From Antedon mediterranea (taxonomy: Eukaryota > Animalia > Echinodermata): a DNA stretch of 64,000 bases. A program made the translations under genes and the position numbers. Below are positions 36,201-53,464 of the stretch, one piece after another. Positions within the stretch are counted from its first letter, which is position 1. Each line of letters begins with the position of its first letter. The stretch covers positions 9,942,101-10,006,100 of the forward strand of contig NC_092677.1 in the NCBI RefSeq assembly GCF_964355755.1, read 5' to 3'. A model generated the notes under the pieces. It saw only the letters and a program-made list of their open reading frames with translations, searched no databases and had not been told where the DNA came from.

Positions 36201-39200
36201 CATTGACATGTAAAGTCCATACAGTAGTCTAATCCATTCGAGTAAGTGGCTCGACAGAAAGCGTTTGAATTGCATTAGTGAATTGTTGTGTTCTTACGTC
36301 ACATCTTATGGATATGACTAATGAATATTCATGTTTATTTTGTGACGTTTCAAGAGGGGTCTGTGGAGCCGTGAAATGTGCAAAAAGTCACATTTGTGCA
36401 AACAACCACATTTGTGCAAACATTTTACCTTCAAATGTGCAAACAACCACATTTGTGCAAACAATTTACCTTCAAATGTGCAAATCTGTAAAAATGTATA
36501 ACCTGCAAATGTGCAAACATCACGCCGTTAAATGTAAAAACGATCAGTTATGACGTTAAATGTGCAAAAGGTATTCTACAAATGTGCAAATCATTTTGTT
36601 GACGTGAGGCCGAGTTGACTTGAGGCCGAGTTGACTTCAGGGCGAGTTGACTTGGGGCCGACTTGAATTTAGCCGAGGCGATTTAGAGCCTTTGATTATA
36701 ATAAAATACAACAGTATAATTAGTTATGATATTGAACATTTTATTATAGGCCTACTCTTTTATATTGTTATTTCTAATCTGAAAGACCTACGAACCAAAA
36801 ATATAAAATGGAATAGGAGTTTGGTTGAAGAATGCTTTGCACATTTGTAAAATACCTTTTGCACATTTAATGTCAAAACTGATCGTTTTTACATTTAACG
36901 GCGTGATGTTTGCACATTTGCGGGTAATGAATTTTAACAGATTTGCACATTTAAAGGTAAAATGTTTGCACAAATGTGGTTGTTTGCACATTTGAAGGTA
37001 AAATGTTTGCACAAATGTGGTTGTTTGCACAAATGTGACTTTTTTCACATTTCACAGCTCCACAGGGTCCCAACTTTATGTACGAAAAGAAATACCGCGC
37101 CCAGGCCTTTACGGTGTCCAGTAAAAATAAACAAAAACAGTATTTAAAATTGAAATTGATTGATTAATTTGTTGATACATTTATTGATTGATTCCTTTAT
37201 CTGTATGTATATGTGTTTTATGTGTTAAATTTGTAGGGGCATTTAGTGACGTCAGGGACCGATTTGGACGACTTGATATAGTGTGCAACAATGCAGGAAT
37301 CGCAAACGAAGAAGAATGGCAAAAGATGATTGAGATAAATCTGGTAAATAAACAAAGAGATACATATTGTTATAACTTATGTTATTGTTGGACCCTGCAT
37401 ACAATTTTTTTAAAATTTATATTCTCCGCAATACAATTTCTCGCACGCCCGATCTGGACCGTTTTGTAATTTATGCACACGCTTACTTTTCACGATTGAT
37501 CGTTTTAAAAAGTGTGGGAAACAATAGCTTATTAAAAGTGTATCTTTATTATTTCAGACAGCAGTTACACATGGAACCTTCCTGGCTATCAAACACATGA
37601 GCAAGGAGAATGGTGGCAGCGGTGGTGTTATTATTAATACAGGATCATTAGCTGGTAAATAAATTTAAACGTTGGTATAATAACCTCGGTATTGAAAATG
37701 TGTGATCGATTGAGACCTATCAAATCATGGTAGGATAGCCTATAACTATTGTTGTCTATTTCTTCAGGAGTGAAGACATTTTCACACATTCCTGTGTATG
37801 CTGCGACAAAACACGGTGTTGTAGCCTTAAGTCGGAGTTTAGCCGTACGTGTTTTATTCTTTAGAATATGTTGATTTTATACTTCTTTTCACTCTTCTTT
37901 GCCTTATTAAAAATTTTGAAAATAGTCCCAGGGATTCCTTATTGTGCTGTACATAGTTATTGGAATTGTGAGACAGGCTAACGTATGCGTGGTATAATTC
38001 TCATAAGAATTAATTGTAATATACCGTACCTTAGGTGACATGACCCCTTAAAATAGCATGCTCCATTCCATAATTAAGAGAAAACTTATATTTGCTTTGG
38101 AAATAGTTCTCAAATATTTAATAGTACAGACAAAAGTACAGACTTTTTCATTTCCCTCTCAGGCAAATCCTAAAGTAACTGCAGAACATATTCGGATCAA
38201 CGCAATCTGTCCAACAAGTGTAGATACTGTATTGCAGAGGAACGGAAAGACATTTGGACCAAAGCCGACCGACTTTAGATACATACCGTAAAAAAACAAT
38301 CATTCTTAAAGATGTATTGTCCCTTTGACTTTTGACAAAGTGGGTCATTTTGAAGTATCATAATAGTTATTAACTTTCACCAAAAATTAGTAGAAAAAAG
38401 AAAATTTAACTGAGATACAGACGTTTTTTTTTGTTCAAAAAATAACTTTGACTTCCGGTAATCTCATAATGCAACGCGCTTGTTTGGCTACTCTGTATGC
38501 ATAATCATAAAACTTCCTCGTGATCTGTGTAAAAACACCTTCTCAACCGTGATGAGTTGTAAACAATACTAATTAGCATCATGCATAAAATAATGCATAC
38601 GCGTGATTTGAAATCTTTGTTTACTTTCGCTTGCGACGATTTTCCAGACAAAATGTAATCAAATTAATGTACCTGTTAATTACGTAAACTTGTTGTTTTT
38701 GGCTCGAATTTTCGACTTAAAGTGAATAACTTTAATATTACTTTAATGTGGCCAATTTAAATTTAGAGAATACTTTGACATTCATGTTTTTGTGTTTAAA
38801 GGGACAATACATCTTTAAGCTATACATAACAGCAAATCATATTCGTTAACACAAATGCACATCATGTAGCTAATATTAAAAAAACAATCATTCTTAAAGA
38901 TGTATTGTCCCTTTGACTTTTGACAAAGTGGGTCATTTTGAAGTATCATAATAGTTATTAACTTTCACCAAAAATTAGTAGAAAAAAGAAAATTTAACTG
39001 AGATACAGACGTTTTTTTTTGTTCAAAAAATAACTTTGACTTCCGGTAATCTCATAATGCAACGCGCTTGTTTGGCTACTCTGTATGCATAATCATAAAA
39101 CTTCCTCGTGATCTGTGTGAAAACACCTTCTCAATCGTGATGAGTTGTAAACAATACTAATTAGCATCATGCATAAAATAATGCATACGCGTGATTTGAA

Positions 39201-39602
39201 ATCTTTGTTTACTTTCGCTTGCGACGATTTTCCAGACAAAATGTAATCAAATTAATGTACCTGTTAATTACGTAAACTTGTTGTTTTTGGCTCGAATTTT
39301 CGACTTAAAGTGAATAACTTTAATATTACTTTAATGTGGCCAATTTAAATTTAGAGAATACTTTGACATTCATTTTTTTGTGTTTAAAGGGACAATACAT
39401 CTTTAAGCTATACATAACAGCAAATCATATTCGTTAACACAAATGCACATCATGTAGCTAATATTAATATTTTCGTTTTTTCAGAATATCGCTGGTTGCG
39501 GAGGCGTTTATGAAACTGGTTGAAGAAGATCGAACTGGTCAAGCCATGCTCATAACTAACAACGGAAAAATATCCGTCCATGAATTCGAAGAAGTAAAAT
39601 AA
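33241..39602 (+). CDS. HPGD: HPGD-like SDR, copy 2 (247 aa)
   Basis: Exons 33241-33333, 35694-35820, 37237-37343, 37558-37654, 37768-37844, 38163-38287, 39485-39602. [12 protein letters not shown] and YAATK motifs; open frame; GT-AG introns. Confidence 0.9.
33439..35433 (-). mobile_element. Internally deleted PIF/Harbinger transposon in intron 1 of HPGD-like copy 2
   Basis: ~47-bp TIRs starting AGCTCGAGTCCCACGATCGGG; TAA TSD at 33436 and 35434. The minus-strand remnant 34070-33830 encodes RSVWVKTWIQRRKSHGAYHDLI(KELEVVDIEKY), resembling a Harbinger transposase N-terminus. Confidence 0.85.
34296..35354. mobile_element. Foldback-type element with long degenerate inverted repeats, nested in the Harbinger
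   Basis: GGGTGTCACGAAACCTAAGACC ... GGTCTTAGGTTTCGTGACACCC; internal IR 34615-34850 vs 35015-35262; CTAAGAC subrepeats. Confidence 0.85.
36361..37065. mobile_element. Foldback MITE with ~235-bp TIRs built of AAATGTGCAAA repeats
   Basis: CTGTGGAGCCGTGAAATGTG ... CACATTTCACAGCTCCACAG; GGT on both flanks. Confidence 0.85.
38291..39466. repeat. 588-bp tandem duplication in the last intron of copy 2; each unit contains a TTAA-flanked (Kolobok-like) MITE (38310-38814, 38898-39402)
   Basis: Units nearly identical (three differences seen). TIR AGATGTATTGTCCC/GGGACAATACATCT. The empty TTAA site is visible in the paralogous intron at 42829. Confidence 0.9.
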
Positions 39603-41213
39603 TTGCCACATTCAAACTAGTAACTAACCCGAGCATTTAGGCCTACAGCTGTTACTGTGTTTACAGAACACGATCGAATAGTGTACCGGTACTTATTTAC
39701 ATAGGCTTTCCCCAGTAGTTATTTCGAGGGTTTTTCGATACCCTAAAATTAAATTTAAATTCAAGCTCAAGTAGTATACGTATGAAGCGCCATATGTGCA
39801 ACAATATTTCTCTTTTTACTGATATTAAGTCAAAACTCCGTCTGGAACCCAGATTATTACACAGCACAGGAATAAGTGCACTTTTCCCCATGCTCTGTCA
39901 CGAATATACTTATCCATGTATGCATGAAAGAAATGCATCGTACGTACACGAATAATAGTACTTATATATATGTGAACACGAAACGTTGTGCACTTGTGTG
40001 TAGGCCTACAGTGCGGACACGCACGTAGTGTTATTTACGTGTAAATACGAAATTGCACGTCTTCCTGTGTTGCTATGGTCACGTATAAACGCATTTCTTG
40101 TGTAGGCCTACATGAATAAATTTAAAATAAAAGAATAATTGAAAAGACCTACTGGAATTTAAATTTCAATTTAATTAGTTAAATAGTTTTATACAGCATT
40201 TTAAGAAAGCTTGCCCTCTATAAAAAAAAAATAAATACAAATGGCCTAAATGACATCCCGTGTTTAGATGAATATGCAAGAATAACTTTTCACTTTCGTG
40301 TTCCCAATTGAAATACAGTACGTCATAAATATGCTTATTAACCTTGTTAAAAGGAAGATTGTCGTGGGTTCGAATCATACCACCATTTCCAAACGCTTTT
40401 TTTCCAACTACACGATAGAAATTTGTTCTGGGACTATACTATTCTGTAACGGACACACGGTCAATTCCACACTTATATAAGGGAAATACACATCCCGAAA
40501 AAAAAAATCCATACTATAGTTTTGAAGCGCTCCAGAATGACTCGACTTTTCAGTTTCAGCACTGTGGTCATATGTTACGTTAAAAGTTGTAAAAACATAT
40601 AGAAATTAAAGTAGGAAGCCTTTTTTCCCCTGAATGTTTTTGGAGTATTCTAGGCAGGTACAATACAGTTGGAGCTCAGGTAAACTATCGGTTTTTTTTA
40701 TACGACTCCATTCCTCCATTCCTCTTGACTGAAGGATTCACAGCGATAAATGACTACTGTTAAAATAAATACGCGTTCTCATTTAGCGCCTAAAGCTTGG
40801 TTCCCATTAGCGACGTAACGCAACCTACGCAACGTAAGAAAATGCCCTTCCAATAATTGTGTTTGCCCCGCCTGCGTGAAAACAAACTGTTGCGTCGTCG
40901 GTACTTGTGATTACGCAATACATCACTTTGCGTCAACACGTCGCTGCGTAGCGTTCTAGTGGGGATCACGCTTAAATGCACAAGCGCTCCATTATTAAGG
41001 GTCTTTCACACCTGTTCCGGCACGGTTTCGAAACATTGACGTTTGAATTGACGACGACTCCTACACCGGTCATACTCTCATAATGCAGCAGCTGTATTAC
41101 GGCAATCAGTACAATTATGTTTTGACCTTACCAGGTACCCATTTGACCTTACCAGGTACCCATTTGTACGCTAAAAAGAAAACTGAATTGCAGCTACAAA
41201 CCAAATTGTCATG

Positions 41214-43021
41214 ATGGACGTTTTGGGTAAAGTAGCATTGGTTACCGGGAGAGCAGACGGAATTGGAAAGGCGTTAATCGAAGAATTATTGAAGAGGAAT
41301 GTTAATGTTTGTTATAATCCAGTGAATATTTTATAGGTCTATTCTATCTGTTTGATATAATTATGGCTCTAAAATGTACTTACTGGCATGAAAAATACAT
41401 TATGTTAGCCCCCCTATGCCAAGTTGAGTCAACTACGACAAACAACAAAGCTAATTTTCCAAACATTATGGTCGTTCTATTTTAGGCCTACAGACATGAT
41501 GTGCTGTACATTTTTTTGGACTACTTGATATAGTGTGCAACAATGCGGGAATCGCAAACGAAGAAGACTGGCAAAAAATGATTGAAATCAATCTGGTAAC
41601 TAAACAAAATAAATATTATTTAAAAAGGCATCATTTGGGTTATTAGGTTTAGAACCGTCCGTGCATTAGTCTGCAATACAATTTTCTGAGTGCTCTACAT
41701 ATGCGACCGTTTTGTTAATAATGCGCGCTCGTCATGAAAAGTTTGAAAGTGCCAATAACGTATTAAAAGTGTATCTTTATTATTGCAGACAGCAGTTACA
41801 CATGGAACCTTCCTGGCCATCAAACACATGAGCAAGGAGAATGGTGGCAGCGGTGGTGTTATTATCAATACAGGATCGGTAGCTGGTAAGTAAACGATTC
41901 GATTCTTGGTATAATAACCTGTATTGAAAATGTGCGATATTATTTTAGAATGGGATGGAGTTGTTGTAACTAGGCCTATAATTCGTGATCTCTCGGCCTA
42001 CAACACTATACGACGTCTAAAGCGTGGTTCCCACTAGAACGCAACAGAACAACGTATTGACGCAAAGTCCTGTATTGCGTAATCACAAGTGGGAACCGAC
42101 GACGCAACAGTGCTTAATCGCAGGTTTAATTTCACGTAGGCGGGGGCAAACATAATTATTGGAAGGGCATTTTCTTACGTTGCGTAGATTGCGTTACGCT
42201 GCGTCGCTAGTGGGAACCACGCTTGCCGCGTTTACTCGATTTGGGTCCTTTTTAGACCTATCTGATCAGTTATGGTATATGACCACGGTTTGTCCATGAT
42301 GATAAAGTTTGTTTTAATTTTTTTTTAGGAGTGACAGTTATGCCATGTTTTCCTGTGTATGCTGCGACAAAACACGGCGTTGTAGCCTTGAGTCGAAGTT
42401 TAGCCGTAGGTTTAACGATTCTTCACTTAATTATATAGATCCTTTCACTCTTCCTAGACTTGCCCCATGAAGTCTGCATTTATTTTTTTAAAATGTTAAA
42501 CCACCAGTCAATTTGTTTCCTAGATTATTATACGTATGGTGCGCCATATGTGCCAATATCGGCGACTAAAGTAATTTATTGGTTCACAGGGCATTGGCAA
42601 AATTAATTAGGAATGGATTACCTGGTATAATGTTTTAAAAGTAAATATATGTATTTTGACGGGTTTTTTTTCCTTCTTTTTAGGCAAATCCTAAAATAAC
42701 TGCAAAAAATATTCGGATCAACGCAATCTGTCCAGCAGGTGTAGATACTGAAGTGCAGAGGAACAGCAAGACCTATGCAATACCTAAGCCGGTCGACGTT
42801 AAATTCATACCGTAAAGAAACATCATTTTTAAGCTATGCATGTAACAGCAAATCATATTCGTTAACACAATGGCACATCATGTATTTTATCAATGATTTC
42901 GTTTTTCAGAAAAGCGCTGGTCGCGGAGGCGTTTATGAAACTAGTTGAGGATCGAACTGGTCAAGTCATGCTTATAACTGAAAACGGAATATCAGTACAT
43001 GAATTTGAAGAGGTTAAATAA
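41214..43021 (+). pseudogene. HPGD-like SDR, copy 3; probable pseudogene (exon 2 and the 5' part of exon 3 deleted)
   Basis: Exon 1 41214-41306 (TGRADGIG). No exon 2. Exon 3 remnant ~41515-41595 has no acceptor. Exons 41789-41885, 42329-42405, 42684-42811 and 42910-43021 are intact. Confidence 0.85.
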
Positions 43022-43039
43022 TTGTGCGATTCCTCAAAC

Positions 43040-43493
43040 CAAAGATTGTATAGCGCCGCTACGCGGCGCAAGATAGGTAACTGTTTCCAAGCTCCTATCT
43101 TATAACACTACGCGTCCAGTAAATTCATGGACGCCATTCGGGCGGACAGGTTATTATTGTGATTTAAATGTAAATGGTTTAAATTTTGCGGTCCGCCTCG
43201 AAGTATCTGTGGTTAACCATCTTGATGATTGATTCATGGAAAAGGGAAGAAATTATGTAAACAAAGTAAAATAAAAGTTTCTTTGGAATCTGGACACTTT
43301 CCGATTAATTCTGCGTGTTTACATTGATATGTTTGGTTAGACAACTTCATTCTTTAACCGAAACATCGTGGATATTGCCTTGACGACGACTTTATTCCGG
43401 TTCAAATTTGTCCGCCGGAATGGCGTCCATGGATTACAAAGGTCTCACCCAGTTACCTATCTTGCGCCGCGTAGCGGCGCTATATAATCTTTG
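43040..43493. mobile_element. P-superfamily-like MITE
   Basis: 44-bp TIR CAAAGATTGTATAGCGCCGCTACGCGGCGCAAGATAGGTAACTG; 7-bp TSD CTCAAAC at 43033 and 43494. Confidence 0.85.
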
Positions 43494-43554
43494 CTCAAAC
43501 CACCAGTAACCAACATGGGGGTTTCATAGCCCCCTCAAGAAGCATGGAACAGAA

Positions 43555-43905
43555 CACGATTCGAATAAAAGCACTTCTTCGTGTGTACTCTCTCGCAATT
43601 AAGCGCACTTCTTCGTGTGCACGGAAATAAGTGCACTCAAAGAACTTAAGTTCTTTGGTGCACTTCTTCGTGTTCACAAATAAAAGCACTTCTTTGTGTG
43701 TACGCGTCGTAATTAAGTGCACTTCTTCGTGTTCACAAATAAAAGCACTTCTTTGTGTGTACGCGTCGTAATTAAGTGCATTTCTTCTTGTGCACAAATA
43801 AAAGCACTTCTTCGTGTGTGCACGTCGCAATTAAGTGCACTTCTTCGTCGTGTGTGCGCGTCGCAATTAAGTGCACTTCTTTCGTCGTGTGCACAAATAA
43901 GTGTA
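43555..43905. repeat. ~58-bp minisatellite (two ~29-bp subunits with AAGTGCACTT palindromes)
   Basis: Read directly from the sequence. Confidence 0.85.
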
Positions 43906-44033
43906 TCATGATTGTATACACTACGAGCATGAGTATACAAGAGACTACAGCACAGTACGTCATAATAATATTAAGGCTTTCTTTTATGAGATATAGTAAT
44001 CAGTCGATATTCATAAACAACAAAACTGAAATA

Positions 44034-44157
44034 TATCCGGATTGTGTACCAGCAGCAACGTGGTCATGGAGGTCTCGGGCAAAGTAGCATTGGTTACGGG
44101 AGGGGCTGACGGGATTGGAAAGGCGTTTATCGAAGAATTATTGAAGAGGAATGTTAT
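44034..44157 (+). pseudogene. Orphan copy of the HPGD-like copy 4 5' UTR plus exon 1 (no splice donor)
   Basis: Matches 44727-44849 with one visible mismatch; ATG at 44066; flanked by 69-bp direct repeats at 43965-44033 and 44158-44226. Confidence 0.85.
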
Positions 44158-44758
44158 ATAATATTAAGGCTTTCTTTTATGAGATATAGTAATCAGTCGA
44201 TATTCATAAACAACAAAACTGAAATAATAATAGGAAAATAATTTACCATTAAAACAAACAGCATTGTTATTTTTGTGTTTTCGACTTCTGATATAACAAA
44301 ATTAAGCATTAACAACGTACTGGCTACTTGTGTCGTTAACATGTACTCAGCAGCACCATATAAACAACATGGATATTTCCCCATCCACTTTCCACCCTCA
44401 TTTGCCTGAAGGATGTATCACAGCAAAACAAACAGTTCATACGTGCCTACAAGCCGGAATGACAGCTACTACTATCTGTAATTCGGTTTGCAGAATTTGT
44501 ATTTGACTTCGTAAATAAAGTCATATATATTATATATTAAGTATGTATTCACAATTATTTTAGTGTACATTTTTTAGAGCAAAATTATAATGGCAGTAAC
44601 TATTTTAGCTTGCGAAGGCAATTTAATATTGACATCCGACAACCCTGGCCTGTAATAACATGGCTATACACGTCACAATATAAACAATATTGGTACAGTA
44701 GTTCAGTGAAAAGGGAATTGAATTTGTATCCGGATTGTGTACCAGCAGCAACGTGGTC

Positions 44759-47700
44759 ATGGAGGTCTCGGGCAAAGTAGCATTGGTTACGGGAGGGGCA
44801 GACGGGATTGGAAAGGCGTTTATCGAAGAATTATTGAAGAGGAATGTTAAGGTTTGTTAATCATATCTATTATAGTTAAATCATGGATATGTATTCACGG
44901 TTGAATATGTTAGACATAATTTGATAAAATAGCTTACATGATCCCTGAAAAGCAACAACACATGCATACGGTACTAGTTAGCAATATAACAGGTGGCTTT
45001 AATCTTTAAATCAATCTCACCACCACAACCACCGCAATTACTACTGTACTACCACCACCACCACAACTACTATAAACACCACAACTGCTACCACCATAAC
45101 TACAACCACTGCCACCATCCCTAACAAGGTCCCGACAACTGTGTTACTTAATGATAAACACTGCAAATGGGGGCGAGGGGGGGGGGGGGTTGTTGGAGAG
45201 AATAGATTGGTTGAAAAGGTAGTTATTGTAGCATTTCAGCACGTAACATAATATGTAACACACTCGATGTCTATATTCTATGTTTTTTAGGCTGTAGGAT
45301 TTGTAGATATCCAACAATCAAAGGGTGAAGCAACGTTAAAACAACTGTCAGATTTGTACGGTAAGGACAAGGTCCATTTTATTCAGTGTGACGTTACGGA
45401 CAAACAACGGTTGGAAGGTAAGACCGCGAGACCTTTGTCGAATAACTTAAAGGCCAGGTGCGGGCAAAAAATTTCTATTGATCATGCATTCCAATAATTA
45501 TCGATCTATAGTTTCCCCTATGTTTCATAATTTTTGGGATTTTATTTGTGTTACACAAGCTTGTTGAAAATAAGCACTTTCTTATCAGTGGGGGATAGTT
45601 CAAATTACACAGTAAAATCTTTATTCTTTTGTACACTAATTTTTTTATTAGAGAGGCATTTTAAAAAGCTATGAAAAATAAACAGTGTGGTAAAAAATGT
45701 TATCAGATGACTAAATATAGGTAATATAACTGGAATTTTACATTTCTGGTATTTTTATTCAACTTCAGATTTTTATTTTCATGCTATAGCAAAAATTATC
45801 CACCGTATATCCACCACCTTTTTTCACCTTCTAGGGAGTCGCCAGACATGTTATTACATTAGGTTAAACTACCTAACTACTGAAAAAAAGTCTTTCTGGT
45901 TTTTATGGCAGAATTTGGCAAAATTTTGTATTTGACCATATTAAGCAAAATTCATGTTTTTTCGTCTTGATTTCTGTTACAAATATTTTATTTATGTACA
46001 ATTAATCAGATATTATATTTCAAATTCATGCCTGTACCTGAGCTTTAACATTCAGACAGTGACTGGTTATTCATTATAATTATTCTGCGTCTATTTTTAT
46101 TGTTGAAATTTGTAGAAGCATTCAGTGACGTCAGTGGACGATTTGGACGACTTGATATAGTGTGCAACAATGCAGGAATCGCAAACGAAGAAGACTGGCA
46201 AAAGATGATTGAAATAAATCTGGTAACTTAAAAAGTATCAGTATGACTTTGATTTTCGGTTCGACGCCGAAGAACACATCACCATAATATACCGGCGTAA
46301 ACAAGTGTTTTTACGGCGTAGGCCTACACAAAAGCATCAACATTACTGCAATTTGATTATTTCGATACAACAAAGAAATATAGTGGTACTGAGGAGCATA
46401 TTGATCCTATAGTTAATGGCAATTTAGGTTCTTGTTCAATGTGTGTTTATTTTTCACGCTTCTTCTTTAGGCAGTTATATTCAAGAGAACGGAAGCATTA
46501 TTAAACAGTTACCATGCGGTAGTTTATAGTTTACTACACGGTACGGCTGAACAAATGGGTATTTGGAAACACGGACTGGGCATGTGCACACCCCAAAACA
46601 CGTCTGGGAAAAGAGAGTCTACGAAAACATTTGCTAACAAAATATTGAGATACATGACGTAAACGCTAGTTATCGTCAGATGAGCGGGTTTTTGTTAAAT
46701 AGTTGTTAAACGTGTAGTCCGCGCGCTTATTTCCATGACTTCGTTTTATTTAAGAGTATGCGAAACAAAACAATAAATGTTGTATCTTATTACAGATACT
46801 ATTACTTTACTTATTGCAGACAGCAGTTACACGTGGAACCTTCCTGGCCATTAAACAAATGAGCAAGGAGAATGGTGGCCGCGGTGGTGTTATTATCAAT
46901 ACATCTTCGCTTGCTGGTGAGATAAAACACTATACTGTTCTGCATTGAACACGTGCGATTTATTTTTAGATTAGAATTGACTTTATTTAGTTAAATTCGA
47001 AGTGTTATGTTTTTTTATTAAGTTTTAAAAACCTGTTTTTCAGGAGTAAACGCCGTACCACAGGTTCCTGTGTATGCTGCGACAAAACACGGCGTTGTAG
47101 CTTTAAGTCGAAGTTTAGCCGTACGTATTTTAGTTGATCTTAAATATTTTCTTTCATTCTTAATTCTTAGTTAAATGATTATGTGGTGTAAATGTGCAAG
47201 CACTCTCTACACAGGGTGTGGGGGGGGGGGGAGGCGGGCTGATGGTTTAAAGGGTACCACTTAGGGGAACGCTCTCCACTCGACAGCATTATAAAAAAAT
47301 ATCTATTTTTGACTAATTAGTTTGAGTAGGCTACATCGCCCTTTGAAAACAGCTTGTCCTTTTAAAAGAGGCAATTTACACAGACGAGCGCTAACTATAA
47401 TACAAATTCTAAATAACAACAACAAATCTCTTATTTCACCTTTTTTATAGGCAAATCCTAAGGTAACTGCAGAAAATATTCGTGTCAACGTACTGTGCCC
47501 AGCGTTTGTAAATACTGTATTGGCAAGGAACCTCATAAAAGGCCTGGTGGGCCTACCTAAGCATATCGAATTCCTACCGTAATTATTATAATTTATATGA
47601 TAATACAATCATACATTTACCACAGAAATTCAACGTACAGCTAGAATGGAAGTAGCCTAGTCACCAATAGGCCTATACTTGTGTTATTGTTATTTCCAGA

Positions 47701-47823
47701 TTATCACTGGTTGCCGAGGCGTTTATGAAACTTGTTGAAGAAGATCGAACTGGTCAAGCCATGCTCATAACTGAAAACGGAAAAATATCCGTCCATGAAT
47801 TCGAAGAAGTAGGCCTAAAATAA
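44759..47823 (+). CDS. HPGD: HPGD-like SDR, copy 4
   Basis: Exons 44759-44851, 45291-45417, 46116-46222, 46820-46916, 47044-47120, 47451-47578, 47700-47823. TGGADGIG, NNAG, NTSSLAG and YAATK motifs; open frame. Confidence 0.9.
45451..46044. mobile_element. TTAA-flanked MITE (Kolobok-like)
   Basis: TTAA|AGGCCAGGTGCGGGCA ... TGCCTGTACCTGAGCT|TTAA imperfect TIRs. Confidence 0.65.
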
Positions 47824-49097
47824 TTGATCTGATTACAATCAGGAAATTCCGGGTTCGAATCTCGCTTGGGTGGCTTTTCGCGTTAAAAAAATCGAACGGG
47901 AAATGATCCGATGAAAAGATACATGAAAAAGATAGTATAACTAAGCCTATAGAAACGAATAATTAATAAACGCCTGTAATTCCGGCGGTATGTATGAATA
48001 CCATAAGAGCTTTCTATAGAGAGATAGAGATTTATTAGAATAGAGGTTACTGTTACTAAGATCAACAGTTTTATATGTAATGTAAATGTATCTTGCAGAG
48101 TTTTTTTAAGATGTAGGGGAAACTTAATATTTATAAATGAAAACATTTATATATTTAAAAAAGATAATACACAAACATAATAAAATTGGTTATTTATCAA
48201 AATGATTATGTTTTGAAATGGAATAAAGGTGAGTGAATCTCACAAGAGAGAGAGAGAGAGAAAAAAACAGTCTACGCATTTGGAAACATGAACCTATTTT
48301 AGCTTCTTTTCTTGTACATTCAAAGAAATAAACAGCTATCAAAGTTATTTTGTTGATTTAACTTTTTATTTATTAATTATAAAAACATACGGGGTGCCAT
48401 GTGTAACAAAAAAGTGTGACCGGCTCAATATTTTGAAGATGACAGATCATTTTTGTATGAAAAACATCATGCTGTGTGTTTATAAAGGAAATGAGAAGTT
48501 ATTGTTACCATGCACCAATTGAAATGTGGGAGAATCTTCCTAAATTTCTAAAACTATACAATTTTAAATTTAACTGGTCGTTCTCTGGTTACATGTCGCC
48601 GAAGTAAAGCTCTGTCTACACTATCAATCTTTTTGTGGCAAAAAAAGTGTGCTGTGCCCAAATATGGCTATTATATATTTATATGACGTCATCGCGTCCA
48701 TGTTATGGGCACATCACATTTTTTGTCATAAAAAGTTTGATAGTTTAGACTGCTTAGGAAAAAACATTTCATTAAGCAGGATAAAATGTTTATTTGATTG
48801 TACTTTTGTATATTTTGTTTTGGGTTATCTTTAAAGTAGTGGATTCTTATGATAGATTTACATCCTAAATGGATGTCACTGACAAAGATGAGGGTTAGTA
48901 TTACGAAAACAGATACAGTACCGAGAATCGTCATATTGGAAAAAAAAATAAATATGTTAGCGCACATGGCGTTCCATACGCTTGAAAGTTTGAGGTTGTT
49001 CACCCAGAAAACCAAATTACAGCTATAAAGTGACGAATATATAAACTTGATCTCATTTCATAAAAAAAACCAGCAGGTGTGCAAGCAAGGTAGTGTC

Positions 49098-52834
<3,737 letters not shown>

Positions 52835-53464
52835 TTGTCCGATTCACCATCACACCAACCAGCATTGAGGGATTCATTCCCACAAAAAGTATTCAAGATA
52901 AGAAATATAGATATAGAAATGGAAAGGGAGAGAAATAAGAAACGAAAAATTATTGTTATGTCCCAATTGAATTGTCAAGAATCTTGATAAATTTCTAAAA
53001 GTATATAATTTAATAAATACTGTATTAAGTTTAATAGAGAAAACACTCGTTGCTGGTCGTTGCGGATAATCACCGAATGTCGAAAAAATGTTGAATTAAA
53101 ATTGGAACGAACAATATTATGCTTGTTATATTCAATTCAAATATTTCATCCATATCAACAAACGTACAAACAGAAAAAGAAAATTCGCAAACTCTAATCT
53201 TAAATATATATGATACTTCTCTACAATGCATTTTTTAGTTATGGAGCATATGTTTGCAAACACAAGCAACAAGAATATTGCAACTATTCAACATACGTTG
53301 CATGAAACCATAGATAGATTGTCGCATATTACACTCATTAAAATAAGGGACGCCATGTTTAAATAACATCATAAACTATCACGTGATACATCATTATAGA
53401 GTAGGCCTACTAAATGTTAGACCATTGGGTACTTAGTAAACTATATACTATCTTTCTTGGAGAT

